Shown in pieces: positions 17,593 through 27,502 of a stretch of 64,000 bases of DNA. A model generated the notes under the pieces. The model was given only the letters and a program-made list of their open reading frames with translations. It was not told the origin of the DNA and searched no databases. The number at the start of each line of letters is the position of its first letter. Within the stretch, counting starts at the first letter, position 1. The DNA is from a virus, in the IMG/VR virus record IMGVR_UViG_3300045988_105383. One strand, given 5' to 3'. The translations under genes were made by a program, and so were the position numbers.

Positions 17593-19311
17593 TCATGTTG
17601 TTGTAGTTGCGGTCAGCGGCAGCTCTCCCGCCGTGATTGTGATAGGCGCGTTAATTGCACCGCTTAGATAATCCACTATGTTCAGCTTCGCAGTCTCTAC
17701 TTTCAATACAGCAGTACCAGCGGAATCTGTGACGATCTCGGAACGGAAAAACACAGTAACCACGTAGTTCCCAGACCCCTGCATAGACGCAGGCTCCTCA
17801 AAACCTACACACTGATATGTTTTGCGATCGTAGATCAGCAAGGCGTTTCCGTAGTCAATTAACCCAAACGTTGTCGTTATGGTTGCCTCTTCTGTGCAGG
17901 CCGCGTCGGTATAAGCCTTGATCTTACCGTTAGCATCCGCCTTGCCGTATATCTTTACCCCCGGCAGAACAGCGATACGGGTCCTAAAAGCATCCATCGT
18001 GCTGGTAGGGATATTACTCCCATCCACTTTGGCCAGCAGCGCCGCCCCCCACGCCGTAGGCTTACCATCGGCATCTACGGCATTGATGATGGGAGACTGC
18101 CCCGTGCTGGCACCAGTAATGTCAAAGGATGCGTCTCCCTCAGCAGCCGCCCATGCACCGGAAACAACACGCATGAATTTTCCATTGTCGGAGGTAGTGA
18201 CATCTGGCAGATTCTCAAACCCAATGTGTTGCTTAAATTCATAACCGCCCGTGTCTCCTGTGCCAAAGATTTGATTGGAACCTGATATGCCATTGTATTG
18301 TATAAAGTTACCAGGAGATACAGTCGTTAATGTGTAAGTTCTTTCGCCCGACGTATCAATATCGACATTCCATCCTATCCCGAATGTACTTCCATCTTCG
18401 CTTATGGTAAAAAAATACAGATGACTAGGATTGTTGGCAATGTTGCAAAGCTGAGTTATAACATGGTTTTCGTCTACTAATGCTATGACTAGTTTTTTGG
18501 ACTCTATCGCATTGATAACCTCTTCTGGTGTTCTGTCTGATGTAATAATGGGGTCCCCTGTGAGTTTACGCTTTAGTGTGAAGTATACAATAAACGCTTC
18601 ATTTGGAAGTGTTGTTGCCTCCCATTCTGTGGGTTTCCCCTGCTCATCAATGGTTTTCACCGCTGGAACTTGTCCAACGGTTGTGCCGGTTAGTCCGAGG
18701 GAGAGGTCGGAGGTCGATTTGTCCTCCATGACATACTTGTAACCGTCACCGACCTGTTTTGAAACCGGAATTTTACCTACATTCTCAGCAGACGGTGTAG
18801 GAACATCCACAACACCGATATTATCTCTCGCCTGTTGCTTCTGAGCATCGGTGAGCGACTGAGTCTTGTCATATCGAACTGCTCCCTCTGCAGAAAACTC
18901 AACTCCCGCGGCAGCAACGATCACGAGGATAGCTCCTTGCAGCTCTGTCTGCATCGTCGGAGCGTTCTGTTTGGCAGCAGTGGTCCCATCGGTGCCGATG
19001 ATGCCTTTATTCAAAGCGTTCTGCAACTCAACAGGCTCTCCAGCGCCTCCAAAAATATCATCGTTCAGGAATTCCACTCTGGCCTGCGGCTCCACACTGC
19101 CACGCATGGCAAAGGTCTGCGCCTGCGTCACCGGAAACAGCCACTGGCCGTTTTTATAGGTGACATCCCCCGGATACTGCCGTGAGAGATTTCCAAGATT
19201 CAGGACAACGGTCTTGACCATCGCATCTGTGATAAGCGTACCGTCCTTCATCTTCAGGACAAACGGAATCGCGTGCTGGTCTCCCTGCATCAAGTTCTTT
19301 GCCATGCTCAT
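17593..19311 (-). CDS. Large virion-associated protein, function unknown
   Basis: 572-aa ORF, 4-nt overlap with upstream gene, inside structural operon. Confidence 0.5.
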   Translation of the reverse strand: MSMAKNLMQGDQHAIPFVLKMKDGTLITDAMVKTVVLNLGNLSRQYPGDVTYKNGQWLFPVTQAQTFAMRGSVEPQARVEFLNDDIFGGAGEPVELQNALNKGIIGTDGTTAAKQNAPTMQTELQGAILVIVAAAGVEFSAEGAVRYDKTQSLTDAQKQQARDNIGVVDVPTPSAENVGKIPVSKQVGDGYKYVMEDKSTSDLSLGLTGTTVGQVPAVKTIDEQGKPTEWEATTLPNEAFIVYFTLKRKLTGDPIITSDRTPEEVINAIESKKLVIALVDENHVITQLCNIANNPSHLYFFTISEDGSTFGIGWNVDIDTSGERTYTLTTVSPGNFIQYNGISGSNQIFGTGDTGGYEFKQHIGFENLPDVTTSDNGKFMRVVSGAWAAAEGDASFDITGASTGQSPIINAVDADGKPTAWGAALLAKVDGSNIPTSTMDAFRTRIAVLPGVKIYGKADANGKIKAYTDAACTEEATITTTFGLIDYGNALLIYDRKTYQCVGFEEPASMQGSGNYVVTVFFRSEIVTDSAGTAVLKVETAKLNIVDYLSGAINAPITITAGELPLTATTTT

Positions 19312-20633
19312 AGTCCCTCCAGTTCAATTTCTGCCGAAACGGAATAATCGCCGCATACTGCCGAAATGGTCAGCGGCTCATTGGCTCCGCGCCAGCATGT
19401 GATTGTTACACTCTCTCCCGTGATTTCTGCTCGATAGGCCGAAGGCTCTGCGCCGGAAAGCACAAACGATATGCCTGTATCTGTTTCTTCGCCGGTTTGG
19501 AAGAAAGCCGCTGTGATGGTTACACTCTCGAATGCGGCCAGCCTGCGCGGCACGGTGCTTGTAAACCGTACTTCTGCCTCTGTGGCCGGTTCGACCACCA
19601 TTTCATATTCCGCGAAAATATCCTCATTCTGTGCAAGAATGCACCGGATTTTACATGTTCCAGTAGCTACTGCCTCTGCGACTCCGTCCGGACGCATGGA
19701 TACGACATCTTCATTCTCGCTGCGCCAGATATAGTCGATGGGATGCTCGTCCGTCCCAGTCACATAATCGCCGTTTCTAAGGCTGACCGCAGTCAGCAGC
19801 GTGGTTTGCCCTTCATGAATAGTCGGTCGCCCATCCACACGGATTTCCCAAGAGAACGTCTTTCCGCCGGCAACATGCCGCTCCATATCGTCGATTTCAA
19901 GATTCGGAGGCTCATACCGGGCCGCGAACTCCAAAAGGCGGACCGAATCATAATCACCGGTAAATTCCTGCGTGAAGTCTCCAAAGCCCGTAATGCGGTA
20001 CGCACCGGAGCCAAGAATCATGCGGCTGTTCGTGCCGAGATTCTTTGTGGCCTCGTTTCTCTGGCATACCACATTCACATAGCCCTTCGTGATAAGCGCA
20101 TATTCCTGCATGTCGCTGTCATTGGACAGCGGTTCTCCTTTTTCGACGCACAGCGGCTCAGATTGCAGTCTTCCATACCAGTCCAACCAGTTCCAAACCG
20201 TTCTGCACCGCTGAACGATCGCGCTCCCAATCGCGTTGGAGATGTTCTGCGGATTTACAACGAGCCAGACGTTGCCCATACATCGGATTTTCGTCCCAAG
20301 CCTCACATAGTCGATGCTCTCGTCTGCAAACAGAATAATTTTATAATCGTCCTGCTTGCGCAAAGACGCAGGAGAGACCGCCGAGATATCTGCCATACGG
20401 ATTTGAACCGTCTCCCATGCGTCCGGCTCATTTGGATTCAGCCCCTGCACCTCAGCATCGAAATAATCAGTCGCATATTTCGCGTACTTGTGCATAAACT
20501 CCGCAGCCGCTTCCCCCATATACTGGTGCCTGCGGCTGTTATACTCGGTTGGAGAGTTTTTCACTGATTGCTGCAAGCGGCCTCCTATCGCAAGGCCGTT
20601 GGTCACGTTATTCTTGATGTCGATTGGGACCAC
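19308..20633 (-). CDS. Virion protein with C-terminal Ig-like (Big_2-type) domains
   Basis: 441 aa; C-terminal segments such as VSMRPDGVAEAVATGTCKIRCILA and SVTITAAF...VTITCW look Ig-like. Confidence 0.5.
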   Translation of the reverse strand: MVPIDIKNNVTNGLAIGGRLQQSVKNSPTEYNSRRHQYMGEAAAEFMHKYAKYATDYFDAEVQGLNPNEPDAWETVQIRMADISAVSPASLRKQDDYKIILFADESIDYVRLGTKIRCMGNVWLVVNPQNISNAIGSAIVQRCRTVWNWLDWYGRLQSEPLCVEKGEPLSNDSDMQEYALITKGYVNVVCQRNEATKNLGTNSRMILGSGAYRITGFGDFTQEFTGDYDSVRLLEFAARYEPPNLEIDDMERHVAGGKTFSWEIRVDGRPTIHEGQTTLLTAVSLRNGDYVTGTDEHPIDYIWRSENEDVVSMRPDGVAEAVATGTCKIRCILAQNEDIFAEYEMVVEPATEAEVRFTSTVPRRLAAFESVTITAAFFQTGEETDTGISFVLSGAEPSAYRAEITGESVTITCWRGANEPLTISAVCGDYSVSAEIELEGL

Positions 20634-20665
20634 AGCCTTTCATCTTCGAGTTTTCAGAGTTCCTG

Positions 20666-21358
20666 TCACTTATACATAGCGTAGACGTAGTACTCCTTGT
20701 TTGGATCAAATGTAAGTGTATACGATTGGTTCAAATCCATTGCCATAGCATAAAGGTATATCTTTCCATTTGATCGAATTTCGCTGTGATATGCGGTCGT
20801 AGCTCCTCCTCCAGTCGATCCCTGAACTATTGCTGTTCCGGAGTAGGTTGTTAGAGAAGAACTATTGTCCTGAATTGAATAACCCGTATACGCCTGCATG
20901 CTTTGGATATAAGTCGTGCTCGTGCTTGCACTAAATATCAGAACCGAAAATCCAATAATTTCTGTCGCCGTGCTTGGGATTCCCTTCAGTTCGAGACAAA
21001 TTTTCCCGTTGACTGTCGTTGGCATCGCCGTAGTGATGATCGTGCTATTTTCTGGTTCAAGCGTACCTGTCACGCCGAAAATCGAAACGCCCTTCTTGAT
21101 GTTTCCGGCCACGAGGTTTGAATCCTTATTGATCGTAGCGCGCCGAAGTCCTACATAAGACCCCGTTGGACTCACGGTATAAGGCAGCGAAGCAGGCGTA
21201 ATGGTGCGGTCTTGCAGAAGGACCTGATTGACCGTCACCTTGCTCAGTCCGTTATACCCGGAATCCGGCGACACGCTGACGGCCCCGGAGGCCGATGCTG
21301 TGACCGTCTTTTCCTGAAGCGTCACAACGCCGCCGCGGCGGCTGAACTCACAAGCCAT
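20666..21358 (-). CDS. Fibre-like virion protein
   Basis: 230 aa; N-terminal repeated LQEKTVTASASGAVSVSPDSGYNGLSKVTVN / ...VSPTGSYVGLRRATIN...NIKKGVSIFGVTG pattern that I associate with Firmicutes phage fibre proteins. Confidence 0.45.
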   Translation of the reverse strand: MACEFSRRGGVVTLQEKTVTASASGAVSVSPDSGYNGLSKVTVNQVLLQDRTITPASLPYTVSPTGSYVGLRRATINKDSNLVAGNIKKGVSIFGVTGTLEPENSTIITTAMPTTVNGKICLELKGIPSTATEIIGFSVLIFSASTSTTYIQSMQAYTGYSIQDNSSSLTTYSGTAIVQGSTGGGATTAYHSEIRSNGKIYLYAMAMDLNQSYTLTFDPNKEYYVYAMYK

Positions 21359-21371
21359 GTACAGTCCCCCC

Positions 21372-22094
21372 TCAAATCATCTGCCAGATGCGCCTCGTCG
21401 GATTCACCATCCGCATATAGGCGCAGTCCTGTTCGTATTTTCTCAGCTCCGCAAAAAAGAGCTGCGCATTCTCTTTGTATCGCGCCGTCGACTCCTTCAT
21501 CGTCGTGTTCTCATTCGGCGTGTCGAAGCTCTTGTCGTGCGGCTTCGGCTGGATGTTCAGCCAGTTTCGATTGAACCGATTGTCCCACGTCACAGCCACA
21601 GCCAGACCGAGGAGCCGCTTCTGTGTCGCAGTCAACTCATGTGCAAAGGTCCCATCCGTATAAAAGTCGAGCCTATATTCTGTTCCTGCGTTGTCCTGCT
21701 GCGGGAAGGTCACATTCCCGGTATCCGGGTCATAGGTAAAATCGGTATACGGGATGAAGGTCACGTCCCCGTTCCGTGCCGTCAGCGCAATTACACAGGA
21801 GCAAAGCTCATATCCGGTCTTCCCGGTTTCCACCACGGTCTGCCCTGTCGTGCTCTCCTGCGTGCTGAGCCACTCCGCATCGTCATAAACAGGCTCCGTC
21901 AGTCCCTCCGAAAGATAGGTCAGCAGCTCCGGAGGCCGGTTCAGCATCGGCATCGCAGTCTTCATCCAAAGGCTCATCCGCCGAAAGAAAAGGGCAGCGT
22001 TGATCGCAAGGTCATCGGTCATTCGCTCGTCATCAATTACGACCATTGCATACCCAGTGATGATCTCGCTCCAAGCCGTTCCGCTCACGTCCAT
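21372..22094 (-). CDS. Head-proximal structural protein (connector/adaptor candidate)
   Basis: 240-aa ORF downstream of capsid block; no motif recognised. Confidence 0.45.
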   Translation of the reverse strand: MDVSGTAWSEIITGYAMVVIDDERMTDDLAINAALFFRRMSLWMKTAMPMLNRPPELLTYLSEGLTEPVYDDAEWLSTQESTTGQTVVETGKTGYELCSCVIALTARNGDVTFIPYTDFTYDPDTGNVTFPQQDNAGTEYRLDFYTDGTFAHELTATQKRLLGLAVAVTWDNRFNRNWLNIQPKPHDKSFDTPNENTTMKESTARYKENAQLFFAELRKYEQDCAYMRMVNPTRRIWQMI

Positions 22095-22231
22095 CCCTCC
22101 TCTTCTTCGCCTCGCCGCATGATGCGGCGATACGCCTCTCTCAACTCATAGGCGGCGGTCTCATCCTCGATCAGTTCCAAAAGACTCTCCACGACACCGC
22201 AAAGCGCCTCAATCTTTTTCCGATCTTCCAC
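22085..22231 (-). CDS. Small ORF (48 aa, GTG start), uncertain
   Basis: Own translation VEDRKKIEALCGVVESLLELIEDETAAYELREAYRRIMRRGEEEEGWT behind GGAAGGCGG; stop overlaps next start. Confidence 0.25.
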   Translation of the reverse strand: MEDRKKIEALCGVVESLLELIEDETAAYELREAYRRIMRRGEEEEGWT

Positions 22232-22264
22232 AAAACCGCCGCCTTCCTGATTCAAATTGATAAT

Positions 22265-23167
22265 TTACTGCGCATCGCGTTCATTCATCTGCTCGATGAT
22301 TGCCACGAAATCGCCGCGCGGGTTCTCTTCGCTCTTACTCATCTCGTTGAGCTTCACCACGCGCTCCCGCGTCACATACGGGCTATTCTCTCCAAACGCC
22401 TCAGCGTACCGGGCCGCGACCATCTTCTTGTGCCCCGCGCAGAGCCTCGGATAGATATCCAGCATCTCGTCCCCGATCTCTACCATCTTGGCGAACGCCT
22501 TTTTATCCAGCAGCTCACCCTCGCAGTAGTCGCATCCCAGCGCCTCGCGTTCCTCCTCGTTGAGGCCGCTCACCACGATCAGCCAGCGCTTTTTCAAAAA
22601 CACGCGCGTCAGATCGGTCAGCACGCGCGAAAGGTCGTTCTTCGGCACATAGAAGCTGCCTGTCTTCCCCACGATTTGGCCGTACATTCCGTGCTCCCCG
22701 AAGAGGACGACATTGTCATCTGCAACCTCCGCCTGCCACAGGAAATGGACCTTCTCGCTGTCTCCCATGACCTGAACGACCTGCGGGGCAGTCGGCTGCA
22801 TCCCGGCCATGGCCTTCGCCACCGCCGCCGCGACCGCATCCGCGACCATCTTCTGCACATCATCTTCGGTGTAGGTCTTCTTTTCCGGCTGCTTCTCGGC
22901 GCTCTGCGCCTCCTGCTCCGGGATGACGGCTTCGGGAGGAACCGTTACAGTCTCGCCCTTGAGCGTTGGTTCCACGTCCACCAGCGGTGTATCGCTGCCA
23001 TCGTAGCCGACTACCGTCACATCCTCGGCGGGGACATGATATTCCGCCGGCACAGCAGAGGAGGAAGTCACAGGCTCCTCAAACTCACCGAGCTCTCCGA
23101 ACTCCTGCGATTTTTTCTTTTCCGGCTGCTTCTCTCCGGAATTGCTGCTGTTTGCTTTTCTGGGCAT
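22265..23167 (-). CDS. Hypothetical virion-module protein with disordered acidic N-terminus
   Basis: 300-aa ORF immediately downstream of capsid gene. Confidence 0.45.
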   Translation of the reverse strand: MPRKANSSNSGEKQPEKKKSQEFGELGEFEEPVTSSSAVPAEYHVPAEDVTVVGYDGSDTPLVDVEPTLKGETVTVPPEAVIPEQEAQSAEKQPEKKTYTEDDVQKMVADAVAAAVAKAMAGMQPTAPQVVQVMGDSEKVHFLWQAEVADDNVVLFGEHGMYGQIVGKTGSFYVPKNDLSRVLTDLTRVFLKKRWLIVVSGLNEEEREALGCDYCEGELLDKKAFAKMVEIGDEMLDIYPRLCAGHKKMVAARYAEAFGENSPYVTRERVVKLNEMSKSEENPRGDFVAIIEQMNERDAQ

Positions 23168-23346
23168 GTTTATGCTCTCCTTTCGGTTTCAGATGCCTTA
23201 CTCCTTCTTGTATATGCCCCTGCCGGACTTGCACCGGCATTTCGCGCTTGCGGGGCCGTTTATGTTGTGGGGAGGGCCGGAGGAAAACCCTCCCCACGGA
23301 GCACGCCTATAACATCTGCGTGAATCTCACGCAGCGTGTCCCATCC

Positions 23347-24582
23347 TTAGACCGTGATATGTGCGATCTTGCTGGAGAAGGTCGCAACAGAATCCAGTGC
23401 AATGGTCATGTTGATTGCCAGCTCAAAGTCAGCAGACTGGAGCGGATCGATCTCGATGGTGATCGGAGTCTCGGCCGTGTACGCAATGGTCATCGGCTTC
23501 CGGCCGGTGGAAGACATCATCCAGATGTCGTTGGCGCTCAGGATGGTCGCCGGAGCAGTGTTCTGCGTACCGGGGATGATCGCATCACGCAGAGGCAGCA
23601 GAGGTACGCTCATGAACTCACCGAGATAGCCAGCGCGGTTGTAGCGGTCGCCAAGCAGCGTCGCCAGCGCAGCATCCATGTTGACGTTGGTGGAACCGGT
23701 TGCCTGCGTCGGCAGGACCTTCGACAGCGCAACCATGCTGCCGGTCGCAAACAGGCCGCCGATCCCGGTGTTGTTGAGCGCGGCCAGCTTGTTCGCTGCC
23801 AGCATCCAGTTCTGACTGTTGAAAACATAGGTCAGGTTGGTGGGGATCAGATTGGTATCTGCGGTTGCGGCAGTCAGTGCGGCATTCCACATACCCATGG
23901 TCTTGGCGTACATGCCTGCCACAATATTGGCAAAGAAAACGCCGAAGTCCTGGTTGTTGCCGACCAGCTGATGCCACTTTGCGTTGATCTGTGCAGTCTT
24001 CGGCTGCGGGTTCAGCGTGTAGTCGCGGGAATAGAACCGGTTACGCGGCACGCTGCGGCTCGCACCCCAGGAGGAATCCTGGAAAATGGGGATGTCGTTA
24101 GATCCGATGGAAATGGCCTCAGTCGTACCGAAGCCAACCTCTACGGTATCCGCAAACATATCGACCGCCTCAGAGTAGACCGCCGGGATGATCGGAGTTA
24201 CGATTTCCTGATAGATGCCCTGCAGGACAGCGTAGAACTGCTTGTTGTTGTAGAAGTTCCGGCCCTGGCGGCGGAACTCATCGAAGTTTTCCGGAGTCAT
24301 GGAGCCGTTCTGGGCGCAGCAGACCTTGGCTGCAAACAGCAGGTGCTCCGCCTGGAACTGCTCATTGAGCTGCTTATAGGCGTTGGCGTTCATCAGGCTT
24401 GCTACACGCTCGGTGCTGCCTCTTGCCGCATTCAGCGCGTTCTTGCCTCTGGCCGCATGTTCAAAGAAAAGCATCCGGCCCTTTGCAACAACATCTGCGC
24501 GCTGTTTTGCAAGTCCGCTGCCGCTCTCCGCATTCACCTGAAACACAGACGGAGAAACGCTGTTCAAAGAAAGTCTCGACAT
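23347..24582 (-). CDS. Major capsid protein candidate
   Basis: 411 aa; position after scaffold-like gene and before connector genes; size and composition typical; family not identified by eye. Confidence 0.6.
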   Translation of the reverse strand: MSRLSLNSVSPSVFQVNAESGSGLAKQRADVVAKGRMLFFEHAARGKNALNAARGSTERVASLMNANAYKQLNEQFQAEHLLFAAKVCCAQNGSMTPENFDEFRRQGRNFYNNKQFYAVLQGIYQEIVTPIIPAVYSEAVDMFADTVEVGFGTTEAISIGSNDIPIFQDSSWGASRSVPRNRFYSRDYTLNPQPKTAQINAKWHQLVGNNQDFGVFFANIVAGMYAKTMGMWNAALTAATADTNLIPTNLTYVFNSQNWMLAANKLAALNNTGIGGLFATGSMVALSKVLPTQATGSTNVNMDAALATLLGDRYNRAGYLGEFMSVPLLPLRDAIIPGTQNTAPATILSANDIWMMSSTGRKPMTIAYTAETPITIEIDPLQSADFELAINMTIALDSVATFSSKIAHITV

Positions 24583-24602
24583 TTCAATTCACTCCTTCCT
24601 GA

Positions 24603-25202
24603 TTAGCCCGCCGAAGCGACAGCCGAAACGACCGTCTTGGCAAACACATCAACATACTCGAAGCTGTTGACCGTGCCTTCGGTGAAGTTGCCGGTGCCCT
24701 TCAGTTCAAAATATATTGCGCCATTGCCGGTCGGGGCGGCAGCCGCAGGAACCAGCTTGCCGCCTGCGATCGTGAAGAACTTGTTGCTGCCAAGCGCTGC
24801 CGACAGGTTGCCAATACCAAAACGGTAAGTCATTTCACCATTGAAAACGATCTTGGTGAACGTGCCATCCCGGCCCGCCGGGATACCAAGGCCAAGCGTC
24901 TCCGTGCCGACGTAGTAAGCGTTGCCGTGCCGGCCAGAGAGCATCGGAGTCTCATAGGTGTTTGCCGCGTAGATTCCAGTTGCCGCATTGGCTGCCGCAC
25001 CGGCTGCGGTCATGTAGAACGCATTCTCGTTCTTCACATTCGTAAACCCCTCGCAAGGGAGGTTGTCTCCGCGCACGCAGAGGATACCTGCCGAGCAGTC
25101 CGCATCCGCACTGCTTTCCTGATATCTGCCGGTGATGTTGCACAGATCATCGTTTCTGTTGTTCGTGATGCGCGGCTCAAACGCAGTTTTTTCGATAAAC
25201 AT
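24603..25202 (-). CDS. Auxiliary head protein (decoration candidate)
   Basis: 199-aa Gly/Ala/Thr-rich ORF between scaffold-like and capsid genes. Confidence 0.4.
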   Translation of the reverse strand: MFIEKTAFEPRITNNRNDDLCNITGRYQESSADADCSAGILCVRGDNLPCEGFTNVKNENAFYMTAAGAAANAATGIYAANTYETPMLSGRHGNAYYVGTETLGLGIPAGRDGTFTKIVFNGEMTYRFGIGNLSAALGSNKFFTIAGGKLVPAAAAPTGNGAIYFELKGTGNFTEGTVNSFEYVDVFAKTVVSAVASAG

Positions 25203-25222
25203 CTTGTTTCACTCTCCTTTTC

Positions 25223-26626
25223 TTACTGAGCGTCAATGCCCCAGCTCGCAAGCAGATCGGTCACAGAACCGCCGTCATGCTTTTCGTTCGTCTGGAACTT
25301 ATCCCAAGCGAAGACTCTCTGGTTCTTCTTTGCTGCTGCAGCGTCCATTTCCTCAACGGCCTTGCCGCAGACTGCGTAAACCGCATCAGAAACCTGCTTC
25401 TCGCCGATCCAGTTGCCGTCCTTGTCCATGCTGTTGGTGTAAAGTCCGCTCTCGATATCGCTGAGGATCGCGGAAATAGCCGACTCAGCCACTTTCTCCG
25501 TGCGGCTCGCATTGAACCGGGTCAGGATTTCCGAAGCCTTTGCCTTCGCAGCGTTCAGCCGGCGCTTACTTTCAAACTCCTGCATTGCGTTGAGCTGATT
25601 GTTTGCCTGTTCAAGCTGCGTTTTCAGCGTGGAAGCCTCCGCTTCCGCGGCATTCAGGCGCGTTCTCAGCTCTCCGTCTGCACGGTCGATGAAATCCTGC
25701 GCATCAACTTCACAGATTTCTTCTTCCGAGAACTGCATCGCTGCGTTGACAGTCACACTCTTGATTCGCTCCGGAGCGATGGTCTCGGCTTCGTTTTCCA
25801 TCACGTAGGACTTGAATCCGCCATCCTTCGCCATCAAACAAACAAGGATTTTCCCTTCCTTGTTCTTTACGGCGGAGAGGACTGTATAACCCTCAAAGCG
25901 AGCGCTCAGAGTTTCGAGCTGTCTCTTGTTGAAGATGTTCAAATTTCTCACTCCTTTTCGAGTTTTCTTCCCAATTTCGGGTGCGTTGCTGTCCGGGGCC
26001 TTCTGCAAAGATGCCGCTCTGAGCTTCAATGCCTTAAACTCATCGTTCATCGCGGCAAGTCGAGCGATGTTGGCCCCCGGAATTGCCGGAGCAACGCCCG
26101 ATCCAAGAATCGTCACGCCAAGTCCCTGCCAGGAATCAAAAATCGTGATTTCTCCGTCCTGGTATTCCTCGTCTACCAAAGTCTCCACGGATACGTCCAT
26201 GCGCCCTGTTCGCACGATCTCATCCACGGTTTCTTTGGCATAGAAGGCGAAGAGCTTTCCTCGCGCAACAATCCATGTATGGCCATCCCTCTCCCGGAGG
26301 GAAAAGTCATTTTTGTCATCTGACAGCGTGCCGACAATGCGTTCCGCCGTCCCGTCTGTGTAGGACTGGTATTCTTCTCCGGTCCTCATATCGATCTTTG
26401 TTCTGGAGTTGTGTCCATCTCCGACCTTACCGGCCACATATGCAATGAGGATTGGCCGGCCAACAAACGTCAGGTAGTACTTTTCGAGATTTCTGTAATC
26501 CCATTTGTTCTGATTCGCTCCGTCGCGCATCAACCACAGCTCCACGCCGAATTCATAAGGATTCAGCTTTTGGAGCACTCGGAGCTGCCCTGTTCCGACG
26601 CTCCTCGTCCTTCCCTTCACCGGCAT
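25223..26626 (-). CDS. Scaffolding protein (possible protease-scaffold fusion)
   Basis: 467 aa from MPVKGR; globular N-terminal half, C-terminal coiled coil (LNAAEAEASTLKTQLEQANNQLNAMQEFESKRRLNAAKAKA); upstream of capsid. Confidence 0.5.
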   Translation of the reverse strand: MPVKGRTRSVGTGQLRVLQKLNPYEFGVELWLMRDGANQNKWDYRNLEKYYLTFVGRPILIAYVAGKVGDGHNSRTKIDMRTGEEYQSYTDGTAERIVGTLSDDKNDFSLRERDGHTWIVARGKLFAFYAKETVDEIVRTGRMDVSVETLVDEEYQDGEITIFDSWQGLGVTILGSGVAPAIPGANIARLAAMNDEFKALKLRAASLQKAPDSNAPEIGKKTRKGVRNLNIFNKRQLETLSARFEGYTVLSAVKNKEGKILVCLMAKDGGFKSYVMENEAETIAPERIKSVTVNAAMQFSEEEICEVDAQDFIDRADGELRTRLNAAEAEASTLKTQLEQANNQLNAMQEFESKRRLNAAKAKASEILTRFNASRTEKVAESAISAILSDIESGLYTNSMDKDGNWIGEKQVSDAVYAVCGKAVEEMDAAAAKKNQRVFAWDKFQTNEKHDGGSVTDLLASWGIDAQ

Positions 26627-26627
26627 C

Positions 26628-27161
26628 TCAGTCACCGTCCTCCTCAAAGAGTTCTTCGATCCAGCCCTCAAAGCTCGTCGCGCTCATCTCGTGCTCCGAA
26701 CTCATCTGCCATGCGTAGAGGAATTTTTCGTAGCTCTCGCTATTCTCCATTTGCAGAGTTTCAAACTGCCGTCCCAATGGGAAAAGGCCGTTCTCGTCAC
26801 ATACCCGGACGCAGATGCGGAGTTTGTCTTCGATTCTCTGAAGCAAATCGATGATTGCCTCAAATACGCCGTCCAGATCATCAGGCCGTTCTTCGTATTC
26901 CGCCGTCTCCGGATAAATCTGCAGGATGTGCCGCTGATGCAGGATATCCCCAACGGCATCGAACCGTTTCGGCTGTTCATGCGCGAGTCTGTGGATCACC
27001 TCCGCCGTCTTCGGCATTCCAAATTCGATCAGGACGCGCTCCTTCAGCGTATCGAGCCCACGCGCCGCATCCTGATAAGCTCCAGTCGCGTCCCTTGCCG
27101 CATCGCGTACCGCAGCCAGTGCGCCGTTTTCAAAGTTCATTCGATCTCTCAGCCGTGCCAT
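26628..27161 (-). CDS. Hypothetical head-module protein
   Basis: 177 aa from MARLRD behind AAAGGAG; acidic C-terminus. Confidence 0.45.
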   Translation of the reverse strand: MARLRDRMNFENGALAAVRDAARDATGAYQDAARGLDTLKERVLIEFGMPKTAEVIHRLAHEQPKRFDAVGDILHQRHILQIYPETAEYEERPDDLDGVFEAIIDLLQRIEDKLRICVRVCDENGLFPLGRQFETLQMENSESYEKFLYAWQMSSEHEMSATSFEGWIEELFEEDGD

Positions 27162-27180
27162 GGCCGCATCTCCTTTCAAA

Positions 27181-27224
27181 ACAAAAAAGAGCCAACCGGC
27201 TACAAAATCGTAGTCAGTTGGCTC
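27181..27224 (-). terminator. Intra-operon hairpin plus T-run
   Basis: Minus strand GAGCCAAC-N20-GTTGGCTC followed by TTTTTTGT, just upstream of RBS of 27161 gene. Confidence 0.45.
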
Positions 27225-27332
27225 TCGTCAGCCCTTTTGCAGCGCCCTTTCGCCGCAAGTTTCTCTATCAGTTCCCGCCGCATCTACTTCAATACCCCGC
27301 GCATCAAGCGCAGGCCTTCGGCTTGGTAGGAG

Positions 27333-27485
27333 TCATTTTTCAAGAACCGCGCTCTTTTTCAGCACCCGAACCGTGTCCTCCACAATTCGGTATCCGTCCC
27401 GCGTCCGCTGGATTCGCACGTCCTTTTCCTCGTTGAGTGCCTTATTGATGACCCGCAGATCATCTGCCTTTACAAACTCTGTCAT
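27333..27485 (-). CDS. Small ORF (50 aa), uncertain
   Basis: Own translation MTEFVKADDLRVINKALNEEKDVRIQRTRDGYRIVEDTVRVLKKSAVLEK with GGAG RBS, just downstream of portal. Confidence 0.3.
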   Translation of the reverse strand: MTEFVKADDLRVINKALNEEKDVRIQRTRDGYRIVEDTVRVLKKSAVLEK

Positions 27486-27502
27486 TTCAAATTCTCCATC
27501 CG

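Noticed and set aside
21577-21595. Isolated GGGACAA on the minus strand inside a structural gene
   Set aside because: No GGTAG occurs at the required 12-13 nt distance and there is no downstream start codon. It is a chance heptamer.
22966-24606. 546-aa plus-strand ORF
   Set aside because: It lies antisense to the capsid gene and neighbours and crosses intergenic gaps. It is a shadow frame.
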